DNA from: the human T2T-CHM13v2.0 reference genome, Homo sapiens
NCBI RefSeq assembly: GCF_009914755.1
Contig: NC_060927.1
Reading direction: 5' to 3' (one strand)
Length of the DNA stretch: 64,000 bases
Part shown: in pieces, positions 61,601-64,000 of the stretch
Layout: each line of letters begins with the position of its first letter
Numbering within the stretch: position 1 is the stretch's first letter
The notes under the pieces: generated by a model
Told to the model about the DNA's origin: nothing
What the model saw: the letters and a program-made list of their open reading frames with translations, nothing else
Database searches by the model: none
Position numbers and translations under genes: made by a program

Positions 61601-62984
61601 CCTCCATCTTCCATTAGCCCAGAGAATTTGGGGGTGCAGAAGATCGAGAAAAGAATGCCCACGGGCAATTCTCGCACTTTCATCAAGTTGTTTGGCCCCA
61701 GACACCACAATGGATGCCTTGGGCTGGTGCAGTGGGGGTGGGCGGATGATCACCCCAAAACAGTCAAGTAAAGAGGGGAAGGAAGAAGTTAAAATCTTTG
61801 CCTGAACCTCTCTTCCTACTTCTGTTTCTGGCTACTGTCCAAGCTATGGCCATCCTTTCCCTTGCCCCCACGACCTTTAAGACAACCTTGGCCTTTCCAG
61901 GTGTTCTCCTAGTTAATTATTACTTCTTCAGCTCCCAGCTTCCTCTCAGTTATGCAGTCCCTCCAGTTTTAATTGGGGAGGAAGGAGCCAGCAGCTGAAG
62001 CTATTTGCTATCTCGTCAGCACTGATTTTTGTATTCTTTTTTGAAGTTGGAATTGCTGATTGAGAATGATAAATGGTATTGAGGTGTTCTCTACAGGGAA
62101 ATATGCTCAGTTTAATTTGAGTCAAATTACAGCCCGTGTTAGGAGTACTAAGCCAAGGCTCAGTGGCCCAAGAGGCAGACCACTTGTGCAGTATTAACTC
62201 AACAATGTTTTACTCCAGCAATACTGGAGGACCTTGTCCAGGCATAACTGGGGGTATGACGTAGTCTGTGGCCTAAGCCCTCAGCCTCTCTGTGAAGTGG
62301 CACACCCTCCTTTCCTTGGATGAGGAAATCATTCATTTCAGATTTCTTGGGACTGACCTATTTTCAGACACTTTGGTCTTTTATCTGCATCTATACATAA
62401 TTGTGTCTTTCCACCATTTGTTCTATATTTGGTCTAGAAAATAATAGTCATTCTACCCAAAGACATATCATTTCTTATATGCCTTATACTTCAGATGCTG
62501 AATACCCTGGAATTTCACCTTGTGGTAAATCAAACTGAATACTCCAAAAAAAGGGTAAAGTCACAAAACAGGCAATTTCTCAAACAACATGTATGGATAG
62601 CCCAAAAACTTGTCTGTAAGCTCAGCAAGAGCACCAACCATATTCGTTTTGTTTGTCACTGAACCTCAACTCACAGCAGAGAACTTAGCATATCATAATG
62701 CTCCATAAATATCTGCTGAATGAATAAAATTAATAAAAGGCAACTCTCAGGAATTGCTTGGTGGCACTGAAAGTTTGTATAATCATCCAGCACGGAGATT
62801 AGGAATATGTAATAAAACTTTATAGGATCTAAAACGTTGAACTGAGCAATTACACTTACTAGAATTTATCCTAAGGAAATAATGTAACAAGTAGACATAG
62901 ATTTACATTTAGGATGTTAACTACTTAAAATGAAAAGGGTGGAAAACCACCAAAACATATATCAAAAAGAGAATACTTAAACTA

Positions 62985-64000
62985 CAGGCATACTACAGGA
63001 GATATTGTGGGTTTGGTTCCAGACCACTGCAATAAAGCAAATATAGCAATAAAATGAGTCACACACAATTTTTGGTTTCACAGTGTATATAAAAGTTATG
63101 CTTACATGATACTGTAGTCTATTAAGTGTACAATACCGTTATGTCTAAAAAACAATGTACATGGCTGGGTGCGGTGGCTCACGCCTGTAATCCCAGCACT
63201 TTGGGATGCCAAGGCGGGTGGATCACGAGGTCAGGAGTTCAAGACCAGCCTGACCAAGATGGTGAAACCCCATCTCTACTAAAAATACAAAAATCAGCTG
63301 GTCGTGGTGGTGGGTGCCTGTAAGTCCAGCTACTTGGAAGACTGAGGCAGAGAATTGCTTGAACCCGGGAGGCAGAGGTTACAGTGAGCCAAGACTGTGC
63401 CACTGTACTCCAGCCTGGGTGACAGAGCGAGACTCTGTCTCAAAAAACAAACAAACAAAACAAAGCAAACAAAAGAAATGTACATGTATTCATTAAAAAT
63501 GCTTTATTACTAAAAAATGCTAACAATCACCTGAGCCTTCAGTGAATCATAATCTTTTTCCTAGTGGAGGGTCTTAACCTAGATGTTTAATGGCTCCTGA
63601 CTGATAAGGCTGGTGGTTGCTGAAGGCTGGGGTGGCTTTGGCAACTTCTAAAAATAAGGCAACAATGAAGTTTGCTAAATTGAATGACTCTCCTTTTACA
63701 AAAGATTTTTCTGTAGCATGTGATGCTATTTGATAGAATTTTACCCACAATAGAACTTCTTTCCAAATTAGAGTCAATCCTCTCAAACTCTGCGGCTGCT
63801 TTATCAACCAAGTTTATGTGATATTCTAAATCTTTTGTTGTCATTTCAACAATGTTCACAGCATCTTCACAATGGATTTTCTTGAAAATCCATCTCAAGA
63901 AGCCACTTTCGTTGCTCATCCATAAGAAACAACTCATCTGTTCAAGTTTTATCATGAGACTGCAGCAATTCAGGCTGTTTTTAATTCTATTTCTCTTGCT
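62985..64000 (-). mobile_element. Tigger1 DNA transposon 3' part (continues past the window), interrupted by AluS
   Basis: TA + CAGGCATAC TIR; minus ORF 63587-63955 [34 protein letters not shown] is a Tigger1 transposase C-terminal remnant. Confidence 0.93.
63163..63475 (+). mobile_element. AluS nested in Tigger1
   Basis: Full dimer; TSD aatgtacat. Confidence 0.95.

Noticed and set aside
63587-63955. Transposase ORF as a domesticated TIGD gene
   Set aside because: Short C-terminal remnant with frame disruption inside an ordinary Tigger1 copy that is interrupted by an Alu.

Overview
Primate (most likely human) genomic DNA, AT-rich and repeat-dense. The whole window lies inside SLC9A9 (NHE9, endosomal Na+/H+ exchanger), transcribed on the minus strand. 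Three coding exons, none called in the correct frame by the ORF track, splice in frame: 46016-45903, 44332-44221 and 17759-17606 (exons 10-12 by my recollection of the numbering). The 1570-bp intron between the first two is U12-type (minor spliceosome; GTATCCTTT donor). A full-length processed GAPDH pseudogene with target-site duplication lies in the upstream intron, in sense orientation. The rest is transposon-derived: 13 Alus, old L1s (one 5.8-kb copy with TSD), MaLR LTRs, hAT and mariner MITEs, Tigger1, MIR and L2. I found no prokaryote-type or clearly new biological system. The strongest unexplained signal is a 29-bp-arm near-perfect hairpin at 57256-57319; there are also a young 48-bp VNTR and several small duplications. 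Repeat subfamily names come from recalled consensus sequences, and repeat edges without a TSD are approximate.
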